A stretch of 64,000 nt of DNA from an uncultured Methanosarcinales archaeon (GTDB lineage: Archaea > Nanobdellota > Nanobdellia > Woesearchaeales > CAYVYK01): contig CAYVYK010000002.1 of assembly GCA_964455675.1 (NCBI GenBank), positions 7,791-71,790 on the forward strand. Reading direction: 5' to 3'. Position numbers and translations under genes: made by a program. The notes below the pieces were generated by a model. The model did no database searches. It worked only from the letters and a program-made list of their open reading frames with translations, and was not told the DNA's origin. This document shows, piece by piece, positions 10,091 through 19,494 of the stretch. The stretch's first letter is position 1, and every line of letters begins with the position of its first letter.

Positions 10091-10113
10091 GAATATAATC
10101 ATGAGCTCTCGTT

Positions 10114-10872
10114 CTATACAGCGAGGAAAAGCTTCAGTACGTACATGATCCCAATTCCAATAAGGAAGAATATTAACGCATAGAGGGATTTCTTTAAATC
10201 GGCTTCTCGGTGGAGTTCGGGAATAAGATCAGACGCGGCTATATATATGAATCCTCCGGCAGCAATCGGCACAAGGTAAGGTATAAACGTGTATTGGATA
10301 GACGATATTGTTAATCCAAAGAGGGCTCCAAGAACTGCGAATAGTGCTGTAAGAAAGTTTGCGAGAAGCGCTTTTGTTTTTGTAAATCCTCCATGGAGTA
10401 GTACCGCAAAGTCGCTGATCTCTTGAGGTATTTCATGCGCCATAATCGCAAGCGTTGTGACGACACCTAGACTCACTGAGGTTACAAATGCTGCTGCGAT
10501 AATGACTCCATCAATAAGGTTGTGGATACTATCACCAAGGAGACTCATATATGTGAAGGTGTGGACTTCACAGTCTCCCTCGTTCCTGTGGCAATGATGC
10601 CATTTCAGCATCCGTTCAACTATAAAAAATAAGGTGAATCCTGCAAGCACACCAAAACTTGCGACTTGGGGTCCTGATTCTTCCACAGACTCTGCGATAA
10701 GGTGAAGAAACGCTCCACCCATAAGGGCTCCAGCAGACATTCCGACAAGAAGGTATAGGGTCTTACGTAGGAAGGTATCTTTAAGTGATAAAGTTACGAG
10801 ACCGACAAGGCTGCATAAACTCACCGCAATGGTCGCGAGTAGTGTATATATTACAACGGACATGTGGTACAC
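10114..10872 (-). CDS. ZIP family metal (zinc) transporter
   Basis: 8-TM protein with HEIPQEISDFAVLL ZIP signature and His-rich loop (HHCHRNEGDCEVH). Confidence 0.8.
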   Translation of the reverse strand: MYHMSVVIYTLLATIAVSLCSLVGLVTLSLKDTFLRKTLYLLVGMSAGALMGGAFLHLIAESVEESGPQVASFGVLAGFTLFFIVERMLKWHHCHRNEGDCEVHTFTYMSLLGDSIHNLIDGVIIAAAFVTSVSLGVVTTLAIMAHEIPQEISDFAVLLHGGFTKTKALLANFLTALFAVLGALFGLTISSIQYTFIPYLVPIAAGGFIYIAASDLIPELHREADLKKSLYALIFFLIGIGIMYVLKLFLAV

Positions 10873-10963
10873 TCGAGCTGCGGGTACTTATAAGTATTGC
10901 GGTGGGAAGACACAAGTATTGTGCGTTTGATCTTGAGCCTATCAAAAATTATATATAGAAGCG

Positions 10964-11392
10964 ATGACAAAAAACAGAAGGGGTGTTACTATAGCACAGT
11001 GTAAAGTTTGCGGAAAGGAGATTGACCGTGAAGCTGATCAGGTGGCGTATTCTGACGCTGTTGGAGGTTTATGTCACTTAGAGTGCTGTGTACGCTCATC
11101 AATGACTGAAGCCTCTGCTGAACTCGATGCCCGTAACTATCAGACCTCAATACCAGCAGAAAGGGTTGCAGGCGATTTTTTTACAGCAACCGAGCCAATC
11201 CGTAAAAAAGAATCCAAGAAAAAGATGAAAAAGGGACCTAAAAAAATTAGGAAGGTAGTTAAACAGAAAATCAAGATAAAAAAGACCGTAAAGAAGCCCA
11301 AGAGAACTTTAAAGGCTCAAAAAACGGCCAAAAAATCAGAAAAGAGGTTTAATAGTCTTTTTCAAAGGGTAAAGAAAGCTCTGAAAAGGTAA
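10964..11392 (+). CDS. Zinc-ribbon protein with long lysine-rich basic C-terminal tail (putative nucleic-acid-binding protein)
   Basis: CKVCG...CHLEC Cys4 pattern N-terminal; C-terminal 70 aa >40% Lys (KKESKKKMKKGPKKIRKVVKQKIKIKKTVKKPKR). Confidence 0.5.
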   Translation: MTKNRRGVTIAQCKVCGKEIDREADQVAYSDAVGGLCHLECCVRSSMTEASAELDARNYQTSIPAERVAGDFFTATEPIRKKESKKKMKKGPKKIRKVVKQKIKIKKTVKKPKRTLKAQKTAKKSEKRFNSLFQRVKKALKR

Positions 11393-11396
11393 TTGT

Positions 11397-11822
11397 ATGC
11401 GTAAAGTACTTGTGTTTGGAACTTTTGATATCGTTCACCCTGGACACATGTTCCTCCTACGTAAGGCACGAGAGGGAGGTAATTATGTGACCGCAGTCAT
11501 AGCTAGAGACAAAAACGTGAGGAAGATTAAAGGTCATCCGCCGATCAATAAGGAACAAAAGCGTATTGAGGTATTGAGAAGCACCCACCTGGTACACGCT
11601 GCGATCCTTGGGGATTTGGATGACCCGCTTAAAATTCTTGAGAAGTATCGACCTGATATCATTTATTTGGGTTATGACCAGAAGCATTTTGTGCCTGAAC
11701 TAGAGGCCTATCTCAAGCGAAAGAAGATGAAGACCAAGATTCTCAGGGTGGCCGCCTACAAACCCAGAATATACCATGGTGCTAGGTTCCGACGGGGTCT
11801 ACCGATGGAGATGTGCGCGTAA
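11397..11822 (+). CDS. ribL: FAD synthase (archaeal RibL-type cytidylyltransferase-like nucleotidyltransferase)
   Basis: GTFDIVHPGH (HxGH), VIARDKNVRKIKGHPPI, PDIIYLGYDQ closely resemble the M. jannaschii RibL pattern. Confidence 0.7.
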   Translation: MRKVLVFGTFDIVHPGHMFLLRKAREGGNYVTAVIARDKNVRKIKGHPPINKEQKRIEVLRSTHLVHAAILGDLDDPLKILEKYRPDIIYLGYDQKHFVPELEAYLKRKKMKTKILRVAAYKPRIYHGARFRRGLPMEMCA

Positions 11823-12497
11823 GTTTGCGATTTTTCCGAAGTGATATGTTTTATCGTGCACAATGAATATATCCAGCATGTTTGCGTCCTTTACAAAGGG
11901 AGTTTTAAAATCATCTGACAAGAGGTTGCGACCTTCAGCGAACGCGCTGAATGCAGGCATCATGATAAGATGTCGTTTCCGATACATCCCAACGGCAAAA
12001 CACTTGTATCGTTCATGCTTGCTTCCCTCAGTAAGTTCTATTGATGGATGTTCATGACCTATGATTACAGTCTTCACATCTGAGGGTATCTCTTGTGGCT
12101 CCTGATCACCATGTAATACGAGGACGTCCTTCATGTGTAGCTCATTAACGGTTGATACGTTTCGCTTACTTGCGATTGGAGCAAGTATCACATCATGGTT
12201 CCCTTTCACGATAGTGATTTCCTTATCCTTGAAGGAGTCAAACAGGGCGATCAGGTCTCTCCATTCTAAAGGCAGGATGCTTCCAAACTCGTGTTTCACG
12301 TCACCGTTCAGAATGAGCCGTCGGAATGGAAGGTGTTTGAACGCTTGAAGCTCTTTCAGTGTGAGGTGGGTGTATGGTGTAAGAATCCCTCGTTTGCTCA
12401 ATGATTCCTCATATCCCAGATGGATATCTGACACAATGAGTGCATCATGACAAAGGAGTGCTAAACCAACAGTCTGGATACCTGGAAAAAGTTCCAT
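11799..12497 (-). CDS. Metallophosphoesterase (calcineurin-like)
   Basis: Ordered motifs SDIHLG, LNGDVKHEF, GNHD, LHGDQE, IIGHEHP. Confidence 0.75.
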   Translation of the reverse strand: MELFPGIQTVGLALLCHDALIVSDIHLGYEESLSKRGILTPYTHLTLKELQAFKHLPFRRLILNGDVKHEFGSILPLEWRDLIALFDSFKDKEITIVKGNHDVILAPIASKRNVSTVNELHMKDVLVLHGDQEPQEIPSDVKTVIIGHEHPSIELTEGSKHERYKCFAVGMYRKRHLIMMPAFSAFAEGRNLLSDDFKTPFVKDANMLDIFIVHDKTYHFGKIANLRAHLHR

Positions 12498-12529
12498 GCG
12501 GACAATGTTGCAGTTGAATTATAAAAAAC

Positions 12530-12931
12530 CTAAGAATTGTTTGGTGATTCCTTGATCCCTGAATCTCTAAGGGACTTCTTCCACATGAGCCCGATCTTCA
12601 TGAGGTCATTGTAAAACCTATCTGAAAGTTTGTAGGTCTTCTTGTAAAGGTCGTAGTCTATAAGGCCCATGCTTTTCATAGGCGTTAGAATTCGGTCATA
12701 AAACTGCCGCTTATTGTAGGACAATCGAACACGATTCTTATTGAGGACGGTCTCATACTTGCCCTCATGCAAAGAAATGGCAAACATGGACATAGCTGTT
12801 TTTCCAATTTCTCCTCCATTTTCAGCCATGTATTTCATAAGTTCCTTGGCTACGATCACTTGCTGCTCAGTAGCGAAGATCACTTCAAATACATCATTTG
12901 GTAAGTTAAATCGATCAAATAGTATGACCAC
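12530..12931 (-). CDS. Hypothetical protein
   Basis: 133-aa ORF, no recognised motif. Confidence 0.4.
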   Translation of the reverse strand: MVILFDRFNLPNDVFEVIFATEQQVIVAKELMKYMAENGGEIGKTAMSMFAISLHEGKYETVLNKNRVRLSYNKRQFYDRILTPMKSMGLIDYDLYKKTYKLSDRFYNDLMKIGLMWKKSLRDSGIKESPNNS

Positions 12932-13138
12932 TTCTACCCCCGGATACGTTCCATTTGTCTTAGTATATAAAGTTTACTCTTTTGTCGCCCTAGTGCACAC
13001 ATTTCGCAAAATGTAGGTTAAAGGGTAGCAGTGGAGCCTCCGTTTTTCCTTTTCGTCCTTAGGCAATGCTCTATAAGACGCGTAAATTGTTAAAAATCGA
13101 GCTGTCAACACAACATCAATAGAATACAAAGTGCATCG

Positions 13139-14491
13139 CTACTTTGCAAACCCCATACCGCCCTGCATCTTCTGGATGTTCTTTAGCATGCGGTCGGGAT
13201 TTTTTCCCCGGAACATCTTGACCATCTTCTTGCTCTGCCGATACTGCTTGACGAGCTCTCTCACATCAGCTACTTGATTTCCGGATCCTCGTGCAATGCG
13301 TTCGGCGCGATCAGCGCTAATGATTTCTGGATCCTCAAGCTCCTCTTTCGTGCATGAGTCCATGATATGGCGCCATCGTTCAAGTTTACCCTCTTGGACT
13401 TGGAGCGCGTCTTTGGGCAATTTAATCTGTGATAGACCAGGAACCATCTCGATGACTTTGCTAAGTGGACCCATTTTCCTCATTGTTTGCATTTGTTCGT
13501 ACAAATCAATGAGATTGAAATCGCCCTTGAGTAGACGGGTACCAAGGTCCTTGACTTCTTCCTCCTGGAATGCTTCCTGTGCTTTGTCAAGTAGTGCTTC
13601 AAGGTCCCCCATCCCAAGCAACCTACTAACAAATCCCTTAGGATTGAAAGGCTCAAGGTCCTCAACTTTTTCTCCAACTCCGATGAATTTTATTGGCGCT
13701 TTCGTGATTGCACATGCCGAGAGCGCGCCACCTGCTTTTGAAGTCCCATCCATCTTTGTAGCTATGACACCGGTGATTCCACAGCTCTTGTGAAATTCCT
13801 CTGCTTGGCGTTGTGCAGCTTGGCCGATATCAGCTGAGATGACAAGAAGGTTCTCTTGAGGTTTGAGTGTATTATTGATCGTACGAATTTCTGTAATCAA
13901 GTCTTCCGATAGGGCGTCCCTTCCTGCGGTGTCGATAATGATAATGTCATAAGATTCAAGGTCCCGTCGAAATTTCTCCCAAATCTTTACTGGATCCTTG
14001 ATCACGCGGTCAACATAGACAGGAATACTGATGGTTTTCCCGATCTGTTCGAGCTGGTCCATAGCTGCCGGTCGGTGAACATCTAGTCCAAGTAGTGCCA
14101 CTCGATGCCCACGCTTTGAGAAGTACCTTGCAAGTTTTCCGCTCGTAGTAGTCTTTCCGGAGCCAAACAATCCAACCATCATTATATGGAATGGTTTTTT
14201 CTCTATAGCTATCTCGCTACGCTCTCCACCAAGAAATCCAGTAAGCTCATCGTAGACTATGTTGATGAGGTGTTCCTTCTTGGAAAGCCCTGCGGGTGTT
14301 TCTTCCTTGAGTGCTCGCTCTTTTATCTTGTTTGAGAGATCAAACACGAGCTTAACGTTCACATCTGCCTGCAACAGACTTCGCTGGATGTCCTTCACAA
14401 GTTCGTTGACAAGTTTTTCATCGACGAAAACAGCCTTAGCTATCTTGCTTAGGGTTTCCTTGAGAGAGCTACTTAACTTATCAAGTACCAT
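13139..14491 (-). CDS. srp54: Signal recognition particle protein SRP54
   Basis: Archaeal N-terminus MVLDKLSSSLKETL; GTPase motifs GLFGSGKTTT, DTAGR, TKMDG; M-domain Met-rich C-terminus. The ORF-track start at 14737 carries an 82-aa extension that does not match the SRP54 N-terminus. Confidence 0.9.
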   Translation of the reverse strand: MVLDKLSSSLKETLSKIAKAVFVDEKLVNELVKDIQRSLLQADVNVKLVFDLSNKIKERALKEETPAGLSKKEHLINIVYDELTGFLGGERSEIAIEKKPFHIMMVGLFGSGKTTTSGKLARYFSKRGHRVALLGLDVHRPAAMDQLEQIGKTISIPVYVDRVIKDPVKIWEKFRRDLESYDIIIIDTAGRDALSEDLITEIRTINNTLKPQENLLVISADIGQAAQRQAEEFHKSCGITGVIATKMDGTSKAGGALSACAITKAPIKFIGVGEKVEDLEPFNPKGFVSRLLGMGDLEALLDKAQEAFQEEEVKDLGTRLLKGDFNLIDLYEQMQTMRKMGPLSKVIEMVPGLSQIKLPKDALQVQEGKLERWRHIMDSCTKEELEDPEIISADRAERIARGSGNQVADVRELVKQYRQSKKMVKMFRGKNPDRMLKNIQKMQGGMGFAK

Positions 14492-14630
14492 ACCATTTGG
14501 GATGAAAAGATCGTATTTAAAGCTATGGTCTCTGACAGGCGAGGGAATGGTTGGGGCGCAAATATCCAGATGAGACGCAGAAAGAAATGACACGGTGAAA
14601 TGATTTAGCAAAAGGCTTTTAATTGCGAAC

Positions 14631-15635
14631 ATGCTCGGAGAGTATATGCAGAGGTACTGTCTCGGAATTGAGAGCACTGCGCATACGTTTGGCGCAAGTG
14701 TTGTAACTTTTGATGGTAGGGTAGTATCCAATGTCAAGCATAGTTATACGACGAAGAAAGGCGGCATGATTCCATCGCAGGTGGCTGAACATCATATTCT
14801 CGTTGTTGATACTGTAATTGCTGATGCTCTTGTGAAAGCTTCCATTTCGTTACATGATATCAGCTTGCTCGCATTCTCACAGGGCCCTGGCATGGGTCAT
14901 GCGCTAAACATTGGAGCATGGACAGCACGTGCAATAAGCATACTTAGGGGAATTCCACTTATCGGCGTGAATCACTGTATTGCTCATCTTGAGATTGGCA
15001 GAGCCATCACGAAGGCGCAAGATCCCGTGCTACTGTATGTTTCGGGTGCAAACACTCAAGTTATTGCATATGATGGGGGCAAATATCGTATTTTTGGGGA
15101 GACTCTCGACATTGGCGTTGGGAATTTTATTGACTCCTTGGCTCGTGAGTTGGGCCTTGGATTTCCAGGCGGTCCGGAAGTGTACAGACTAGGATTGAAG
15201 GGCAGGAACTACATTGAATTGCCATATTGCGTCAAAGGAATGGATGTCAGCTTTGGTGGGATACTCACGAACATCAAACATAAGATCCATGAAAAGAAAT
15301 TCAATCCGGAGGATCTTGCATATTCCGCCGAGGAGACTGTGTTTGCCATGCTTCTTGAAGTAAGTGAGCGTGCAATCGCGCACTGCGAGAAGACCGAACT
15401 ACTCCTCGGTGGCGGTGTTGCTTGCAACATTCGATTCCAGGAGATGGCAAGGGAGATGTGTAAATCACACGGGTGGAAATGCTACATTCTGCCAAACGAA
15501 TATAATGTTGATAATGCTGCCATGATCGCTCTGACTGGTGTGATGATGCACAATAAAGGCATTGTGACGAAATTGACAGATAGCGAAGTGAGGCCATACG
15601 AACGTACTGACGACGTAGAAGTTAAATGGCGTTAA
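14631..15635 (+). CDS. kae1: tRNA N6-adenosine threonylcarbamoyltransferase Kae1 (KEOPS catalytic subunit), not fused to Bud32
   Basis: CLGIESTAHTFGASVV and HCIAHLEIG Kae1/TsaD metal-binding His motifs; 334 aa. Confidence 0.85.
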   Translation: MLGEYMQRYCLGIESTAHTFGASVVTFDGRVVSNVKHSYTTKKGGMIPSQVAEHHILVVDTVIADALVKASISLHDISLLAFSQGPGMGHALNIGAWTARAISILRGIPLIGVNHCIAHLEIGRAITKAQDPVLLYVSGANTQVIAYDGGKYRIFGETLDIGVGNFIDSLARELGLGFPGGPEVYRLGLKGRNYIELPYCVKGMDVSFGGILTNIKHKIHEKKFNPEDLAYSAEETVFAMLLEVSERAIAHCEKTELLLGGGVACNIRFQEMAREMCKSHGWKCYILPNEYNVDNAAMIALTGVMMHNKGIVTKLTDSEVRPYERTDDVEVKWR

Positions 15636-15907
15636 TCCGCGGCAAATAGCCGCGAGTCATGCACATCAAAAACTCCGATGCGTGCTCCTGCGTCGAGCCA
15701 CCCGTGCGCATAGTTCACGGCTGCAAACGCATTGACATAATCACCTTTGTTCTTAAAGTGTCTTGCGTCGGACAAGTAACGTTCAATCATGTCAAGAAAC
15801 TCTTCGCGCGAGATCTTTGTTCTATTTTTGCTTTTACGTGCCAAGTCCAATGCCTGTGTCGTCAATTCCAGGTACTTTTGCAGTTTTTCTTCAGTTATTT
15901 CTCGCAT
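15632..15907 (-). CDS. Small conserved hypothetical protein (helical)
   Basis: 91-aa ORF convergent with kae1 with 4-nt overlap; no motif recognised with confidence. Confidence 0.4.
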   Translation of the reverse strand: MREITEEKLQKYLELTTQALDLARKSKNRTKISREEFLDMIERYLSDARHFKNKGDYVNAFAAVNYAHGWLDAGARIGVFDVHDSRLFAAD

Positions 15908-15910
15908 GGT

Positions 15911-16570
15911 TCACTCCCCGAATCGACACATGAGTTCTCCGATACCAGTGAATGTGGCTACTTGATACCCAAGTTGTCTAGCGACATGTATGTGTCTTTC
16001 CTGGTCATCCACAACGAGCGTCCTATTCGGTGGAACACCTAGTTCAGTCGTTGCACGATGCCACATGTGTTCATCTGGTTTTACATATCCCACCATCCAT
16101 GAATAGATGACACAGTTTGGTTCAAAAAACTGATCGAGATCCCATGATGGTTGCAACACCTCATAGGGCGAGGCGTTGGAAAGTAACGCCAGACGGTATC
16201 CTTTTCGATGAAGATGTTCAAGCATCTGATGCACCCCTGTGATAGGCTGAGACCCAGGCCTTTCACCTGTTCCAATGAGGCTTTCGCGCAACGTATCAGC
16301 GACGTAGTGGATGTTCTGTTCGGTCGCGGGTATGTGAAATGCACCAAGGAAATATATTGCTATAATCTCCGGGGTAGTGAGCTGAGGCGACAATTGAAGT
16401 GCTTCTTCGTATGTGCGTGGGTATTCATCATGTACTGGTGATGCCTTTCCATAGCTAAAAGGTCGCTCGATCCCAAAGTGATCCCTCAGTCGTTCCTTTA
16501 CACTGAATGGTTTTCTCACGAGAGTATACCAGAGGTCAAAAATGACTGCTTCGATTGGCTCGTCAGACAT
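15911..16570 (-). CDS. HAD superfamily hydrolase
   Basis: Motif I VIFDLWYTLV (DxD-type), later conserved Ser/Lys and DD motifs. Confidence 0.7.
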   Translation of the reverse strand: MSDEPIEAVIFDLWYTLVRKPFSVKERLRDHFGIERPFSYGKASPVHDEYPRTYEEALQLSPQLTTPEIIAIYFLGAFHIPATEQNIHYVADTLRESLIGTGERPGSQPITGVHQMLEHLHRKGYRLALLSNASPYEVLQPSWDLDQFFEPNCVIYSWMVGYVKPDEHMWHRATTELGVPPNRTLVVDDQERHIHVARQLGYQVATFTGIGELMCRFGE

Positions 16571-16816
16571 TATTTAACGTAACTACACGAGATTATAATA
16601 AAATTGTGTTGTTTTTTGAATTTCCCACTTCTGGCGAGATTTTCAATCCAAAGAGACATCACGGCGGTCTGCCAGCTCAGATATCCAGAAAGTATTTCTT
16701 AGTCACAAAGACCTCACGATCAAAACACCAAAATGTCAAATGAGTCCCTAGCTTTCAAAAAACTACAGTTCTTTTGTGTACCCTGGCCTTCAAGATAGAA
16801 ATTAGCGGGGCCTTTG

Positions 16817-16951
16817 TTATTCCACAAGAAAATGACGGAGCGCTGCCTCGACAACCTGGCTCTTGTTCTTAAGGGACCGATCAGCTCGTATCTTATCGCG
16901 GATTTTGTAGATAAGTCCCTCTTCCACTGATACGCTCATTTTGAATTTCAT
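16817..16951 (-). CDS. 44-aa ribbon-helix-helix-like small protein (MKFKMSVSVEEGLIYKIRDKIRADRSLKNKSQVVEAALRHFLVE), CopG/antitoxin-like
   Basis: Intact ATG..TAA ORF below the ORF-track size cut-off; beta-strand then two helices pattern with AALRHFL typical of RHH proteins. Confidence 0.35.
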   Translation of the reverse strand: MKFKMSVSVEEGLIYKIRDKIRADRSLKNKSQVVEAALRHFLVE

Positions 16952-17053
16952 GAATATAAAGAAAAGGCCTTCCTTTTATAAATGTATCGTTTATGTAACC
17001 ACTACATGGTGGTTAATAATACCCAGCGAAAGGGAAAAAATTCTCGCCAGAGC

Positions 17054-18325
17054 TTATACTCTGTAAGGACTTCCGCCCCACTTGCTAGCATGGCCTTCCG
17101 ATGACTCGGTCGTCGATCTGCGTTCCCGATGCCCGCGGTGCTCGTATCCCCCCCGAAAGGATTCTCGCCGCTCTCCTCGTATTGGTCTTCGTTCCCTTGA
17201 GTCACCACCGGTATGGAAACTAAGCCGGGGAAATGAGGGTTTGGGTAGTTCTTTGACGGTCACGTCATACTTGCTGAGAATATCTCTAAATGCCTCATGA
17301 TCGCGCTCGCTGAGAAGTGTTATGGCTTTTCCAGACTGACCCGCTCTTGCAGTTCTGCCCACGCGGTGGATGTATTCCTGCGGGTCTTTTGACAGATCAT
17401 AGTTGATGATGTGGCTTACATCCTCGATGTGGAGTCCACGAGCAGCGACGGCACTTGCGACAAGGATGGCGATCTTATTGTGATGGAAATCCTCGATTAC
17501 TTTAAGTCGGCGGGTCTGACTGAGTTTCCCGTGTATCATCTCAGCGCTAAATCCATACCTTCGAAGATTCCGACCAACAATATCCACGGTCGTGCGCGCT
17601 GAACAGAAGATGATCACCCTGTTCGGTTTCTCGGTCTTTAACAGATGAACGAGGATGGAAAATTTCTCGTGCGGCTGCACGCAATAGAAGTACTGCTTGA
17701 GATATTCCTCTTGAACGTACATGCTAGTCTTCACTGTCTCCGGATCATGCATGTATCTTTGTTTCAACATCTCAATCTCTTGGGATATCGTTGCACCAAA
17801 GAGGAGCAACTGGCGATTTTCCGGTGTATGGTCAAGGATTTGTGTTATGTCCTCTATGAATCCCATCTCAACCATCTTGTCCGCTTCATCAAGTACAACG
17901 CAAGAAATACGGGATAGGTCAATCGTCTCTCGCCCGATATGATCAAGCAACCTTCCTGGAGTACCGACTACAATGTCTGCAGTTGTCAATTTTTGTATTT
18001 GTGGTTCAATCGCGACGCCCCCAAATATCGTAACGATTTTGCATGGGGTGTACTTCGCGAGTTTTGCGAGGTCCTGTCCGATCTGAACGACAAGCTCCCT
18101 CGTAGGCCCCATGATTAGGTATTGGGGCCCTTTTCCTCCCTCTAGATGCTCGAGAATGGGTATTCCAAACGCAGCAGTCTTTCCTGAACCTGTCTTGGAT
18201 ATCCCAATAACATCCTTTCCCTCCCTGATCAGGGGAAGCGTGAGCTCTTGAATTTTTGTTGGTTTTGTTATGTTCAGTTCGTTGAGTGATTTGATTAGTT
18301 CTGGCTTTAGTGTTTTGAATGGCAT
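17054..18325 (-). CDS. DEAD-box ATP-dependent RNA helicase with C-terminal Arg/Gly/Glu-rich tail
   Basis: Q motif, Walker A GSGKTAAF, PTRELV, DEAD-type VLDEADKM, HRVGRTARAG; start taken at MPFKTLK, not the upstream extension. Confidence 0.9.
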   Translation of the reverse strand: MPFKTLKPELIKSLNELNITKPTKIQELTLPLIREGKDVIGISKTGSGKTAAFGIPILEHLEGGKGPQYLIMGPTRELVVQIGQDLAKLAKYTPCKIVTIFGGVAIEPQIQKLTTADIVVGTPGRLLDHIGRETIDLSRISCVVLDEADKMVEMGFIEDITQILDHTPENRQLLLFGATISQEIEMLKQRYMHDPETVKTSMYVQEEYLKQYFYCVQPHEKFSILVHLLKTEKPNRVIIFCSARTTVDIVGRNLRRYGFSAEMIHGKLSQTRRLKVIEDFHHNKIAILVASAVAARGLHIEDVSHIINYDLSKDPQEYIHRVGRTARAGQSGKAITLLSERDHEAFRDILSKYDVTVKELPKPSFPRLSFHTGGDSRERRPIRGERRESFRGGYEHRGHRERRSTTESSEGHASKWGGSPYRV

Positions 18326-18498
18326 GTATTCACCTGGAACCAAGGTCTCCTTGGGAAACAGAATGAGCGATTCGCCTCTGTTTCGTCCTTCCGACACAAA
18401 CAAAACGGCATGTTCTTTTAAGCTTTGCGATATTCCTTTTTACTGTCGACGAAAAGTGCTACCCTGGTTAAATACCTGTAACCGCTGACCACAGATGC

Positions 18499-19494
18499 TC
18501 AGACACCAAGAAGAGTGCGCACATCACCTGCGACCCTCGATGGTAGCATTGCGACTGCATCCGGGCGATCGAGGAGTCTCATGGCATGTTGAAGCTCATC
18601 CCCTCCATACCGTGATCCGATGTAGCAGAGCACTCCTGCAATGCATGATCTGGTCGGTTCCCACTCTTGTGAGTTTAGAAAAGCGATAAGATTGGCAGGA
18701 TCTGCACGTACAGAGAACAATTGTCTGGAGAATTGGTCGCTTTCGCGAAACATATCTTGGAGCTTGCTTGGTGTTTCATCTATCTCAACGACGTATACAC
18801 CATCAAAACCTTTGGGTCCCACAATTGGGAAGTAATTCAGTCCGATGAAGTGCTTTGCGTCAATTGCTCTCGCCATTTCACCAGTCTCGTTAAGCATGAT
18901 TCGGTCTATAAAGTCTGGAACGGAGATATGATTATCATGGATGTCTCTCTCGTTTGAAAACCCGCCGAATGCAGAGATCTTCTTATCTCCAAAGTCTCTC
19001 TTGTTGCCAAACAAGGCGAAATGACCGCCATCGCACACTGGAAGAATCCAAGATGCAAAGGGATTGTACCCAAGCGTATTTGCTGTTTGGGTATCATGCA
19101 TCTGTGTATCCGCACGGTTGAAATGCTGATTGTACCGGAAACCTGCTGTAAATACACCCGCCTCGTATCTCGTGTGCGGATACTGGGCGCCATTGTCAGC
19201 GAACGAATGGAGGTAGGCGATAGGAGAATCCTTTGCTGTGGGCCTTTTTGCACAAAATTTCTGCCATGTATCGTTTACTCTCGCTTCCACGTCCACAGGA
19301 ACCTCTGGTGCCACACGGTTAACGGTGATGGTCAGGTGATCTAATGTCAGTGGGTGGTGGAAGTCCCATATCTGGATTGGAGAAAGATATGCCATTACTG
19401 AGAGAGTTACTTTTCTGAATAAAAGGGTTTCTATGCCTGAAAACTTATAAATACTGGATAATTGTCGAATGAAGTATGACATTCCAAAAACCAA
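18499..19494 (-). CDS. Hypothetical protein
   Basis: 331-aa ORF; N-terminus overlaps the hisS start on the other strand, so the true start is probably internal (for example MAYLSP). Confidence 0.45.
   Translation of the reverse strand: MVFGMSYFIRQLSSIYKFSGIETLLFRKVTLSVMAYLSPIQIWDFHHPLTLDHLTITVNRVAPEVPVDVEARVNDTWQKFCAKRPTAKDSPIAYLHSFADNGAQYPHTRYEAGVFTAGFRYNQHFNRADTQMHDTQTANTLGYNPFASWILPVCDGGHFALFGNKRDFGDKKISAFGGFSNERDIHDNHISVPDFIDRIMLNETGEMARAIDAKHFIGLNYFPIVGPKGFDGVYVVEIDETPSKLQDMFRESDQFSRQLFSVRADPANLIAFLNSQEWEPTRSCIAGVLCYIGSRYGGDELQHAMRLLDRPDAVAMLPSRVAGDVRTLLGV

Noticed and set aside
12932-13138. Possible SRP RNA/ncRNA in the 207-bp gap next to srp54
   Set aside because: No recognisable 7S RNA helix-8 or Alu-domain motifs; only a short ACATTT-CGCA-AAATGT palindrome; length too short for archaeal SRP RNA.
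16555-16743. 62-aa ORF in the gap downstream of the HAD hydrolase gene as toxin partner of the RHH ORF
   Set aside because: Opposite strand to the RHH ORF, no toxin-like motif, composition looks non-coding.
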